64,000 nucleotides of DNA, from NCBI RefSeq assembly GCF_009914755.1, contig NC_060932.1; one strand, given 5' to 3'. The DNA is from the human T2T-CHM13v2.0 reference genome, Homo sapiens. The position numbers were made by a program, and so were the translations under genes. The notes beneath the pieces are model-generated. The model worked only from the letters and a program-made list of their open reading frames with translations, made no database searches and was not told where the DNA came from. This document shows positions 27,733 through 41,168 of this stretch, in pieces (position 1 is the stretch's first letter; each line of letters starts with the position of its first letter).

Positions 27733-29867
27733 GTCATAGAGTATTGGCAATGCCCTAGCATACTAATGAGGAAGAAAATGTGGTCTTGGCCAGGAAGAAA
27801 ATGTGGTCTTGGCCCCCTTGGCCAACCCAGGGGGTTCAGGAAGGGCATCATTTGACCCATGAAGCAAATACGGAAAATACTTTGTGGTGAACTGATAAGC
27901 TGGTGTTGGTGACTTGGGGGGCACTTCCTGATTCTTTATCCAGGTTCTTGTCTGTTGGATAGATGTCTCCTTCATCAGCAAGCATTGGTCCTGCTAGATG
28001 TTCCCAAGTGGCTGTTGGGGGCTGGGTTGTGGGTGGGGCAGTGGGAGGAGATTCCTGTTAACCGGATTCAGGATCTAGCTGAAAGGACTTTCACTTTGAG
28101 TGGAAGCTCAGCAGTGTGAGCCCTTTGTCTTCGGTCTGTCCACCTACCAGTGTGTGGATTCTTTGCCTCTCTTGATATGTTTTGCAGCCTTGATGATTGA
28201 GAGGTGTCTCCATGGGTTATGATGAGGGTGGTGATGTGCTGTTTTTTTAGCTGCAAAATGCTTCCTTGGAAATTCTGATTCATGCTCCACCCTCATCCCC
28301 AGAATCATTATCACAGTGATGTTCTATACCTCACGCTCTTTGGAGGTGGAAGAGAGAAATTTAAATAGAACAACTCAAAATCAAACCATAAGCAGCAAAA
28401 TAGTCTTCAGTATCCAATAGGCAAATGTCCTATGATTTCACTCTTGCCCACGTGTTGGCTGTTTATCAAAAAAGTTTCCCTTGGATGACATTTTACTTAC
28501 ACAATAGGACAAATAGTGTTTGAGCTATAGGAGATACTTTGCATGTGAAAGGTGTTACGTATTCACCTATCTCCTTGCTAGGTTTCTAGTCCACACCTGT
28601 GACGCTAAAAGGTTCTGCGTCACTACAAAATTAAAACTCAGCTATACAAATGCCATTCTACTTTGAGAAGAGTGTAGTAAATAATTGTTTATATTGTTTT
28701 GGAAGGTCAGAAAATCACTATATATAAAATAAATTTAATAAGTAAAAATTTAACATGTGTTATAATTAAGAAATTTTATATATACATATATTTTTCAAAA
28801 TATTAATATTTTCAGTGACATTTCTTTCATCTTGGTTTCTTGCGCACCCGTTGCTTTTATCATTGATTCTGTCTGTGCTTGGATCTGCCCGTTTTTCATT
28901 TGACTATTTCCCAATAAAATTTACCAATAGCTCCAATTTGGTGTTGATATATGCTTGTTTCCTAAAAGTTATATATAGTATGATTTAAAAACATTTTTGG
29001 AAAGGAAATTCACTTCTATTTGCTGATGGCAGCAGCAGTTTTAGTGATTCTCTGAATAAAACAGACTTGATGCAGGCCTTTAATATTTTGTCCTCACTAG
29101 TAAGCTGCTGTTTCATTCATTCATTCATTTCTTTCATCTTTGGGAACTGTCACTAAAATGTTTTGTAGAAGAAGTTTACTCCTCTCAGTCTATAAAAGGA
29201 TTTTTTTCATCTGTTAAATGAGGAGGGGTTTGGATTAGAAGGTCTTCAGAGTGCTTCCTAACTCTGAAATGTTTGTAATTGGTTTCACAGTGTGCCTCTA
29301 ATGTTGATGATTCTGTTAGTTGAGTGGTCTCGTTGTGACCCCTCCTCACCCCCAAACACATGCATCTTCTGAACTGTCCTTTAGTTCACATCTCAGAAAA
29401 TGCTGGCCAATAGGGCACTGAGTAGAAACTTGAATTACTATGTCTCCATTATATGCATAGGTACCGTTTGCTACATATTCTCACATTTAGTTAGACTATT
29501 CCTCATCAGAAGTTACCGAGGAGTATTTTGTAAAATGGCAACCTATATTTTTAATAACATAAGCCCTGAATCTTAGTTCTTATTTAAGAGATGCATCATT
29601 TACAGATATATAAGCTCCATGAGGACAAGAGGGAATTTTGTTTTATTCACAGATCTCTCTCCAGCTCTTAGACTAGTGCCTGGATCATAGTAGGTGCTCA
29701 GTAAATACATTTTGAATAAATAATTGTGATTTGAGAGTTAATTTTTATGTAACACCAAATAAAACATAAATGCAACTTGAATGTTTATTACCCAGGTGAT
29801 AATTATGAGACTTTAAAAAATTTCATTGCTAATTTGTTATTTCTGTTTCTTCTTTTTAAATACTTTA

Positions 29868-30178
29868 TGCTGTCCAGTATGGAAGCCACAGCCCCATATG
29901 TCCATTTTTTCACTTGAAATGTAGCTAATAGGAATTGAGATGTACTGTAAGTGTAAATTACATACTGGGTTTCAAAGACTCAATACCAAAATACGTAAAC
30001 TAGCTTATTCATTTTTTTATATTGATTACCTGTTGAAATGACAGTATTATGCATTTATTGGTTTAAATAGAAATTGGTAAAATGGATTTCACTCTTTTGG
30101 TCTACTATTAAAATGTAGCTACTAGAAAACTAAAAATTACATGTAATAGCTCGCATTTGTGGCCCATTGAACAGTGTT
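29868..30178. mobile_element. MER33-like hAT element
   Basis: gctgtccagtatggaagccac...cacttgaaatgtagcta...gctactagaaaactaaaattacatgt. Confidence 0.7.
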
Positions 30179-32944
30179 CATCTAGACACAGAAAATCTAG
30201 ATATTGAGTGTAGACGAGAGGGAAGCTTTCAAAATAGGGCTTTGAATGAATATCTTTTATAGAAACACAAAATTATACAATGCAGCTGCGACTTGGGAAA
30301 GTGGGCATTCAGATGGTCTTGATCAAATTTAAAAAAAGGACCAAAACAAATTAATTAGATTATCTCAAATCAGAAATATGAAATGCAGCTACCAGATGGA
30401 TTCCTGGCATAGTTGCCAGCTGGGTCTTGAGGTCAGAAAAGGGGCAGGAAGGCGTTGGTGGCTGTCCCAGTGAGCGGTCACTAATGGCAGACTGCAAAGC
30501 CAGTTTTTGAACTTCTCTGCCTGGACCTTACCTGAGCATGGTTGTAGTTGTGCCGAGCGACATGCTTAGTTGATACCATATAATGCTGGCGTTTTTCAAG
30601 CGTCTGGGAGATGGACACTTAGTAGAAGGGCGTAGGGAACAGGAAGAGGAGCACAGCCAAGGATCAGTATGGGTACTCTCAGGCAGGGCTGTTTTTCCCT
30701 ACTCATGCGCATAGGCAACTTGTCCCTCTTCTGAATCTTAAGCTGATAAAAAGTTAGCACCAACTTCATCGCCACTTCTCCAAGCTTGATCTGGCTCTGC
30801 CTCTGCCTCTGAGCTCAGTGGGCTTGCAAGAGAAGGTCACCAGTGGGCTAAGCCATCCACTCCCTCTGGGCTCACTTTTACCTGGAACTGGCCTGGAGCC
30901 CCATCGAGTCAGTAGCATTTCTTCCCATAACAGTTGGCGGACCCTGGAGGATGAAGCTGCTCCCCAGGACACATATGTAGACGTTACTTTCCTTAAGCTA
31001 ATTTGAAAGGTTATTTTGGTAAGTGGTTGGGCTGCATGGCTGGTTTAAGCTATTATCAAGTCCATTCCAGTATTTATTTCTTTGAAAGTTAGAATGAGCC
31101 TTGAATAAATGATGACTGACTGCTTAGCCTTCTTAGGAGTGTATTTAAGAATATTTGTTGCAACTGGCACTGGAGATGTCTACTTCTCTTTATTTTGGAT
31201 TTTAAAATAGTTGTATAGTAAAGCAGCGTGTTTTCAGTAAAATAGCTTTCATGCTCACCTTATTTTCACCCATCTGACCTCTGTATTTGGAGAAAGTAGA
31301 TCAGAAAATTCATGGCAGTTAGCAGCAGAGTGAAGAGACCTTTGACTTTAGTTGACAGCTGTCACCTGAAAACTACAGGCCTGGAGACCCTCTCAGGTGT
31401 TATGTCTGTAGTTCTGACAGTGAACAGGAATGTTGTTTACATTTTCTGTAAGCAAAATTCTCCCCTTGTTAGGAATGTGTTAGAATACGGCAGGCAGAAA
31501 CAGAATTTTTATGTGTCTTACTGGTAAGTTCTCAGGAGTGTTGGTTAGCCCATTGTTCATTCCCATGCTCTTATGGAAGGGTGTCAGTAGAATTTATGAC
31601 TGAGCCTGTTTTTATCATCACTTTGGAAATTCTTCAACAAGATATTGTTTTTTTCAAGTGAGCTAGTATCACACAATGCTTAATGTCCTTATAAAAGAGA
31701 AAAAAATGAGTTAAATTCCAAAGATGTTTAAGATTTCAGTCATTTTCTCTATATGAATTAGGTCTTTATTAGGCCGTTGATTTAATTAGTGTTCAACAAA
31801 AACACTTTCCTGTTTAGATTGTCAACGCATTCTTTAAATTAGTTATTTTAATCTGACACAGGATCTGTTAGGAAGAGTTTGAATAAGATGCAGCATGTTA
31901 CATAGTGTACACAGTGCGCTGGAAGCACGTAGGGTGCGAACACAAGTGCCTGCCAACTTGTCTCCCTTCCTGCTTAGGTCCTGCCTTGTCCCAAAAGGAC
32001 TTAAGGCAATGGTGAGGAGAGCATATTTTGAACTTTATTCTGTAAAAATAATTTTCAGTTTTGGAGAAAGTTGTATTTCTAGTTATGAGAATAGTTGGTG
32101 TCCACAAAGTATCCACTCAACTAGTTTTCTCTGAGTGGTCACGTGGGATTCTGGTCCACCAGAGCCCAGCATGCCTGCGGGTGAATAATGAGCCTGGTGA
32201 TTGGGCTGCTCTGTGTCAGTGCAGACTGGGACCATGGTAGGCTCAGAGCCATGAGTGAAATTGGTCGTCTTGGACAATGAAAGCTTTTCTTTTAGTTTCT
32301 TTCTGAATCTTGTATATTTCTGCCATTAAACATAATGAAATTATGAATTTATTGTACTGTTCTCAAGGTTGCTTTTCAACATCATTATGAACACTTTCTT
32401 GTTAGATGCCTCTATTGCAGTTACATAGTTGTATGTGGGCTGTAAATATCTAATTTGTATGAAATGACCGATTTTGGTATTTGTATAATCCTCTAGTCAA
32501 TTTAACTAACTTGAGCTTTTCACAGCCCTTGGTGCTGCTGTTGCTCATCTGATTACACCGCTCAGGGGAATAAGGTTAAGGGCGGGCTGTTGGTAACCAG
32601 AGCATTTCCAGGGCTTTAGTTCAGCAGATGAGCTGCTTGGCTATATTCATACATCTGCTTGCCTGCTGTGGCAGCTGCTGCTGCTTCACGTTGTGTTCTT
32701 TTGTTCTGTTTCATCCAAGAATGGAACGCTAGGAAGTGTAGTGAATGGATTAATTTAAGGTTAAGGTTAGTGTTTTGCTTGCTTTCTAAGTAACCGATCA
32801 TAATGATGCTTCTGGTAGAAGCTAATGAGTTTCTCTTAAAGTGAACTAAATTTATAAAATACAGCTCAGCGAGGGAGCTAGATTCGTATTGTTGATGGGG
32901 ACCAAATTCAGATGTACAAAATACTGGCAGTTTTTATCATTGGA

Positions 32945-32997
32945 TCCTAATTCTTTGTTTTCTTCCTTCTTCTCCCCCACCCCAAACTCCCTTCCAG
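32945..32997 (+). promoter_or_regulatory. CHD7: Branch point, polypyrimidine tract and 3' splice site of intron 1
   Basis: TCCTAAT branch-like motif at 32945-32951, then a long AG-free pyrimidine tract ending cttcCAG|G. Confidence 0.88.
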
Positions 32998-33171
32998 GAC
33001 CTATATCCAGACTTTGCCTGACACTGCAGGGTCCAAGAGAATTAAAGAAATATGGAATGACATGAAGAAGATTAGTTAAGGATTATAGGCTTTGAGGGCA
33101 AACACCTCAGTGAAGTGAAGCACAGGCAAGCTCCTGAGCTGTGGTTTGGAGGAGCCGTGTGTTGGAAGAAG
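32998..33171 (+). other. CHD7: 5'UTR portion of CHD7 exon 2 (174 nt)
   Basis: Lies between the acceptor AG at 32996-32997 and the ATG at 33172. Size agrees with the remembered CHD7 exon 2 boundaries c.-174 to c.1665. Confidence 0.9.
33052..33079 (+). promoter_or_regulatory. Three overlapping mini-uORFs (ME*, MT*, MKKIS*)
   Basis: ATG GAA TGA (33052-33060), ATG ACA TGA (33057-33065), ATG AAG AAG ATT AGT TAA (33062-33079), read directly from the sequence. Confidence 0.8.
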
Positions 33172-34836
33172 ATGGCAGATCCAGGAATGATGAGTCTTTT
33201 TGGCGAGGATGGGAATATTTTCAGTGAAGGTCTTGAAGGCCTCGGAGAATGTGGTTACCCGGAAAATCCAGTAAATCCTATGGGTCAGCAAATGCCAATA
33301 GACCAAGGCTTTGCCTCTTTACAGCCATCCCTTCATCATCCTTCAACTAATCAAAATCAAACAAAGCTGACACATTTTGATCACTATAATCAGTATGAAC
33401 AACAAAAGATGCATCTGATGGATCAGCCGAACAGAATGATGAGCAACACCCCTGGGAACGGACTCGCGTCTCCGCACTCGCAGTATCACACCCCTCCCGT
33501 TCCTCAGGTGCCCCATGGTGGCAGTGGTGGCGGTCAGATGGGTGTCTACCCTGGCATGCAGAATGAGAGGCATGGGCAATCCTTTGTGGACAGCAGCTCC
33601 ATGTGGGGCCCCAGGGCTGTTCAGGTACCAGACCAGATACGAGCCCCCTACCAGCAGCAGCAGCCACAGCCGCAGCCACCGCAGCCGGCTCCGTCGGGGC
33701 CCCCTGCACAGGGCCACCCTCAGCACATGCAGCAGATGGGCAGCTATATGGCACGTGGGGATTTTTCCATGCAGCAGCATGGTCAGCCACAGCAGAGGAT
33801 GAGCCAGTTTTCCCAAGGCCAAGAGGGCCTCAATCAGGGAAATCCTTTTATTGCCACCTCAGGACCTGGCCACTTGTCCCACGTGCCCCAGCAGAGTCCC
33901 AGCATGGCACCTTCCTTGCGTCACTCGGTGCAGCAGTTCCATCACCACCCCTCTACTGCTCTCCATGGAGAATCCGTTGCCCACAGTCCCAGATTCTCCC
34001 CGAATCCTCCCCAACAAGGGGCTGTTAGGCCGCAAACCCTTAACTTTAGTTCTCGGAGCCAGACAGTCCCCTCTCCTACTATAAACAACTCAGGGCAGTA
34101 TTCTCGATATCCTTACAGTAACCTAAATCAGGGATTAGTTAACAATACAGGGATGAATCAAAATTTAGGCCTTACAAATAATACTCCAATGAATCAGTCC
34201 GTACCAAGATACCCCAATGCTGTAGGATTCCCATCAAACAGTGGTCAAGGACTAATGCACCAGCAGCCCATCCACCCCAGTGGCTCACTTAACCAAATGA
34301 ACACACAAACTATGCATCCTTCACAGCCTCAGGGAACTTATGCCTCTCCACCTCCCATGTCACCCATGAAAGCAATGAGTAATCCAGCAGGCACTCCTCC
34401 TCCACAAGTCAGGCCGGGAAGTGCTGGGATACCAATGGAAGTTGGCAGTTATCCAAATATGCCCCATCCTCAGCCATCTCACCAGCCCCCTGGTGCCATG
34501 GGAATCGGACAGAGGAATATGGGCCCCAGAAACATGCAGCAGTCTCGTCCATTTATAGGCATGTCCTCGGCACCAAGGGAATTGACTGGGCACATGAGGC
34601 CAAATGGTTGTCCTGGTGTTGGCCTTGGAGACCCACAAGCAATCCAGGAACGACTGATACCTGGCCAACAACATCCTGGTCAACAGCCATCTTTTCAGCA
34701 GTTGCCAACCTGTCCTCCACTGCAGCCTCACCCGGGCTTGCACCACCAGTCTTCACCTCCACACCCTCATCACCAGCCTTGGGCACAGCTCCACCCATCA
34801 CCCCAGAACACCCCGCAGAAAGTGCCTGTGCATCAG
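33172..34836 (+). CDS. CHD7: CHD7 (chromodomain helicase DNA-binding protein 7) coding part of exon 2, residues 1-555, intrinsically disordered N-terminus
   Basis: Translation [47 protein letters not shown]...[11 protein letters not shown] is recognised as the CHD7 N-terminus. ATG at 33172 is in strong context (aagATGG). The frame is open for 1,665 nt up to the donor CAG|GTAAGG (phase 0). Confidence 0.97.
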
Positions 34837-34842
34837 GTAAGG
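34834..34842 (+). promoter_or_regulatory. CHD7: 5' splice site of intron 2
   Basis: CAG|GTAAGG near-consensus donor; base composition switches to AT-rich intron just downstream. Confidence 0.93.
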
Positions 34843-36281
34843 GGACACAGAGCCTACCTCTGCATTGCAATGTGAAATTCAACATGGCTAACTTGTCTGA
34901 TCGAATTTTTCTTTAAACTCTATGAAAAGCTTTTTCATTATGAGTGCCTTAATTTTTATTTGTTATTGGCTTATGCATTTATTTTATTCAGGCATCAATC
35001 TCCCTGTCCCAGGGATTGTGCTAGATGTTAAGGATATGTAGATAACTAAGACTGGGTCCCTGCTGACAAGGAGCTGGGTCACCACTAGCAGGGAGATGGA
35101 CAGAGGACTCAGAATGCTCACAAGACAAACGCTTTTGTTTCCTTCTCTCAATTCTTCTTTATTCTTTCTCTTTCTTTGTGTGTGTGTGTTTTAAAAATAC
35201 ACTGACACTTGGTTTCTAGCAAAGATTTATGCGTGTGTGGTAGTCTCCTCCATCTCTCCTTTTATATTGTGATATTTTTCTTGGGAAGCTGCAAATCGTA
35301 TACTTCTGTGATACTTATTTTACTAACTGTTGACTTTGTTAGTGTGAGTTTTAATTGCAAACTGTAGAAAATCACAGTAAATGATAATTCACAGAAGATG
35401 TTTGGTCTCTAAAAGATTTGGATACCCAGCACTGAAGTAGGGAATCTTCCTTTTTTGTAAGCTGACGTTTTTGTTATCATTCAGAATTTATAAAAGAACA
35501 GATTTAAGTTTATCATATTCACAAAGACATCTTTCCATTATAAATTTTGTTGTTTATGCCCTAGGTCTGTGAAAGATAAATTAATGCCTGTGTATACAGA
35601 TTATTCTTAGTGCTATTCAAAAATATATACTGATTATCTACCAGAATTGCAGCTCTGTTTTTGGGGTGCACAGTAGCTGATTTTAGAGCTCTAAAGCATA
35701 GTGCTTGTTTTGATGGACTTATTATCAATTTTGGGGAAATAAGACTTGCATGTGAAAATACAGAGGAGTGAGAGACCAGGCATGATTATGTGACAAATGT
35801 CCAGAGAGAGGAAATAACCTGTAGTTGAGAGTGCTTGGAATTTGGCTAGGCCTTACCCCGGGGAGGTGAACCCAGGTCAGCAGTTGAGACTGGGGGATGG
35901 TTTGCTAAACAAGGGCACGGGAAGTCAAGCTTGCTGCAGGGAATAGGTTGGAAAGTATCAGTCAGGGCCAGATTGTTGTGATCTGGGATTCCTTTTTAAG
36001 GAATTTGGACTTAAACGGGGAGGGAGCCAGTGATATTGATTAGACAGTCCACAGGACAGATGGAGAAGGAGAAGATGAAGTGTGAACCTGTTTTCTAGGC
36101 CTTTGAGGACAGTTTGGACCAGAAGGGTCAAAGTGGGAGCAGAAGGCATTGAAGCAGTGTTGAAAGTAAAAGGGTTTAGTCAGTAAACAAAGCCACTCAG
36201 GGCATCTCAGAGCAGCATTTTTTTTTTTTTTTTTTTTTTTAGTGGTGATGATTGTCTTCTATGCTTTTTGTCAGTTCATTA

Positions 36282-36688
<407 letters not shown>

Positions 36689-37771
36689 TCAGGAAGACTC
36701 CTGGGACCACAGGACAAGTAGTGGCTTCAGGGAAGCTGCCCTCAGCCGGTGGGCAGGGCAGCTTCCCTGAAGACCTTGGTGATCCTCATATAACCACCCT
36801 TGGTGATTCTTATATAACCTCAGGGCAGAACGCCTCTCCTCAAAGCGGACCAAAAGTACTGTCTCTGAGGCCAGCAGACCTGGGTGGCTTTTAGGACAGA
36901 AATGAATGTGACTTAGTTTTTAGGAATTATTATTTTCTTATTCCCTGGAAAGTTTCTTACTAAGCAAGGGATATTTTAGAGCAGTGGTTTCTCAGACTTC
37001 TCATTCCGGCATCCTCTGTCTTCACCGGAGGGTGAGCACAGTTTGGAAGACACCCTGTGATTATAATCTGATCCCTGGATGAGAATTGTTGCTCTCCTCC
37101 AGCTTTCCTGGGTTTTAAGAGTACAGATGCCTCAGTGGGCATTTCAGAGGACATGTGTGAGTCTGTGGCGTTTGAATCCTTGACCAGTGGAGGCTCCATG
37201 CCTGCTGTGTCCGGTGCTAGACTTCAGGAGAGCCCACATGCATTCCCTCCTTTGAATGTATCATTATAGGCAAACTCAGGACCTTTACAGGGATGTAAAC
37301 TAGGACATTTGAGGTATTTTCATTCTAAGTACAATTATGTTTTCCATTTTGCTCATTGATTATTTGCTTTCTTATTTCTGCTTAACTTTGCATCCTCTTC
37401 AGATTTTGAAACACTCAGTTTTGAACATAAGGCTAGGGAGGTGTGAAGTCTCAGGCACAGAACATAGACTTTAAAGTTAGAAAGATATGTGGACCCCAGC
37501 TCTATTGCTTATTAACCTGGTGATCTTAGGCAAAAGATTTAACTTCTCTTTACCTCAGATTTTTCATTAGTTAAGCAGGAAAAATAGCACCCAGCACAAA
37601 GGGTGTTAGATTAAGTGGGCTTAACATATACCGAGTGCCTAGTATAATGTCCACTCCATGGTATATATGTTAATTCTCCTCTAATTTTAGCTTCTGATCT
37701 CCTGAAGTGCAAACCTTGCTACATAATTATGTCATTTCCCATGTAGATACAATGTAAAATTAACTTTATTT

Positions 37772-37965
37772 ATTTATTATTTTTTGAGATGAAGTCTCAC
37801 TCTGTTGCCAGGCTGGAGTCAGTGGCGCAATCTTGGCTCACTGCAACCTCTGCCTCCCAGGTTCAAGCGATTCTCCTGCCTCAGCCTCCTGAGTGGCTGG
37901 GACTACAGGCGCGCACCACCGTGCCTGGCTAATTTTTGTATTTTTAGTGGAAACGAGGTTTCACC
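37772..37965 (-). mobile_element. 5'-truncated Alu
   Basis: Right arm plus linker; 16-bp TSD AAAATTAACTTTATTT at 37756-37771 and 37966-37981. Confidence 0.93.
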
Positions 37966-38657
37966 AAAATTAACTTTATTTTTAAGGATAGGTTAAATAT
38001 TATGTAATACAGCCTTAGTTATGAAATAACTAAATTTGATTTGTGCAAATATTATCCCCCTTTTAGACTGTGTTGCCACATGTGAGGAGGATAATAATAT
38101 GGGTAATTCAAAATACTATCCTATACCTTTAAAATCTCTCTCTCTGAATGATTGACATTCTACCCTAGGAAATATTTTTATTTAATTATGTTTTGCTTTA
38201 GAGCTACTAAAATTATTTTGCATTTTATATATGATGGAGTAGTGGCTCAATACTATACCAGGTATCAGGGAAGATACCAGATTAGGTTGAAATGTCCATT
38301 TAACTTGATAATGAAAATATCACTTTCAGGTAGACTTAACTCTTCTTGAGTTTTTCGCTTTTTAAAAATAGAAATTATGTTCTTTATGTGTTTCCTGGCT
38401 TCTGAATGGATATTTTCTAGATTATGGAACACATTTAAGTATCTTTAAAGATAAGTTTAACTTTATATTGAAAAGTCAACAAAGAAAAATGTTAGAACAA
38501 AAAGGCCACAGTTCATCAGATCACAATGTGAAAAATTACACATTTTGGTATATGGACATTTCTTTAATGGAAGTGCTAGACTTTTCGATTATTTGATAAG
38601 ATTTACAGGGAAGGGAAAAACCCTAGCTTATATTTCTTTTTCAATAGCTAATTAGAA

Positions 38658-39458
<801 letters not shown>

Positions 39459-40822
39459 TATGAAGGAAAGAGTACAGGCTTTGGAGTCTGAGTTTTTGAA
39501 TAGGAGCACCACCGCTTAACGTCACCACCTGACGTTAGTAAGGGTGTCAGGACTTCATTTCATTATCTCTGAAGTGAGGGATCATATGCCTTCCTGGTTA
39601 GAGGCTCAGTGAGATTAGTAGTAATGTCTTTTAAGTGCTTAACAGTGGGGACTCAAAAACAATACATCTAGCAAGTGTTCAGAATTGCCTGTTGCAGAGC
39701 TTTAAGAAGAATCTTACATATTTCAATGTCAAACATTTTCATAGTTGTTTGACTTTACATCCTTGGTTTTAGTGAACACTTATCAAATATTGAGGCTTCG
39801 TATGTGCTTTTCTTTGAGGGAGGGAGAACAATCTTGCTGTGTGAGCAGGAAGATGCAGGCAAGAATATGCCATGAAAAGCACACTGTAGAGATCAGCACT
39901 GATCTTTAAAGTCATTCTTAAAGTGGGCGAGGTGGGGGTCTGGGAGGGCTTTCTGGGGGCAGTGATGTCTTTGCTGAGATGTGAAGGATCAGTCTAAGTT
40001 GAGAGAAGGATGGATAAAGGAGGGAAAAGAGTTTAAGATTTAGGAAACAATGAGTGCAAAGATCAGAAAGCCCTTTGGGCCTTGAGTGTCCCTAGTATTG
40101 CTGGAATGTAGGTCTGGGGCTTAGTGGACAGAAAGCTGCATGGTCCTGGGCCCATGGCACTGGAGGGCACTAGGAGGTGTTTTCAGCATGGACACAGCAC
40201 CATGGGGCTCTTTGCAGCACCCAGGAGTACGAAGAGGGTGGAGAGGGGGTGGAACCAAAAATGAAAGGTTTATCAGTACACTGTGAACATGGATGAGAAC
40301 AATCTGCAAGGAAGGCACAGAGCAACATTTTGTTCATTTGAAGAGCTTATCTAAAGAAAGACTAATTAAGTGGATTGTTCTTAAGGTTACAGGCAAGTCC
40401 CTGAGTTTCTGGATAGAATTTACACTGCACAGTCCATAGACGTGTCCCAGATCATGGATTATGCTCTTAAATGGAAAGTTCTAGTTGAATTTTTAGGATC
40501 TGCAACAAGGTGTCCTTAAAATAAGTTTATTTTGGATACATTTGTACCTTTTTCATTAATTTGGTCCTGAAATAACAGTCATCATGAAACGGAAGTAGAA
40601 AAAAAATTTAAAGGCTACTAAGATTGAGGTGATAGGTAATAATTTCCCATCTCCTCATTTTCCCTTGAGATTAAAAAAAACCTGGAAGAATCAGTGGTAC
40701 AATTTTTTTTTTTTTTAAAAAAAAAATAGCCTTTCAGGGAAAACCTTTTATTGGTAAATCTCAAGTAGCATCAATCTTATACTGAGATTCTTTAAGTTTA
40801 CCCAGTAAATAAAGAATTACAA

Positions 40823-41168
<346 letters not shown>

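Noticed and set aside
33115-33171. 19-aa N-terminal extension from the in-frame GTG used by the ORF track
   Set aside because: The recognised protein begins MADPG at a strong-context ATG; there is no sequence evidence for GTG initiation.
33343-34916. Overlapping alternative-frame and antisense ORFs within exon 2
   Set aside because: Expected shadows of a GC-rich, low-complexity coding exon; several lack ATG starts and none resembles a known protein.
40701-40726. T-run/A-run self-complementary tract
   Set aside because: Low-complexity slippage product with no distinguishing features.
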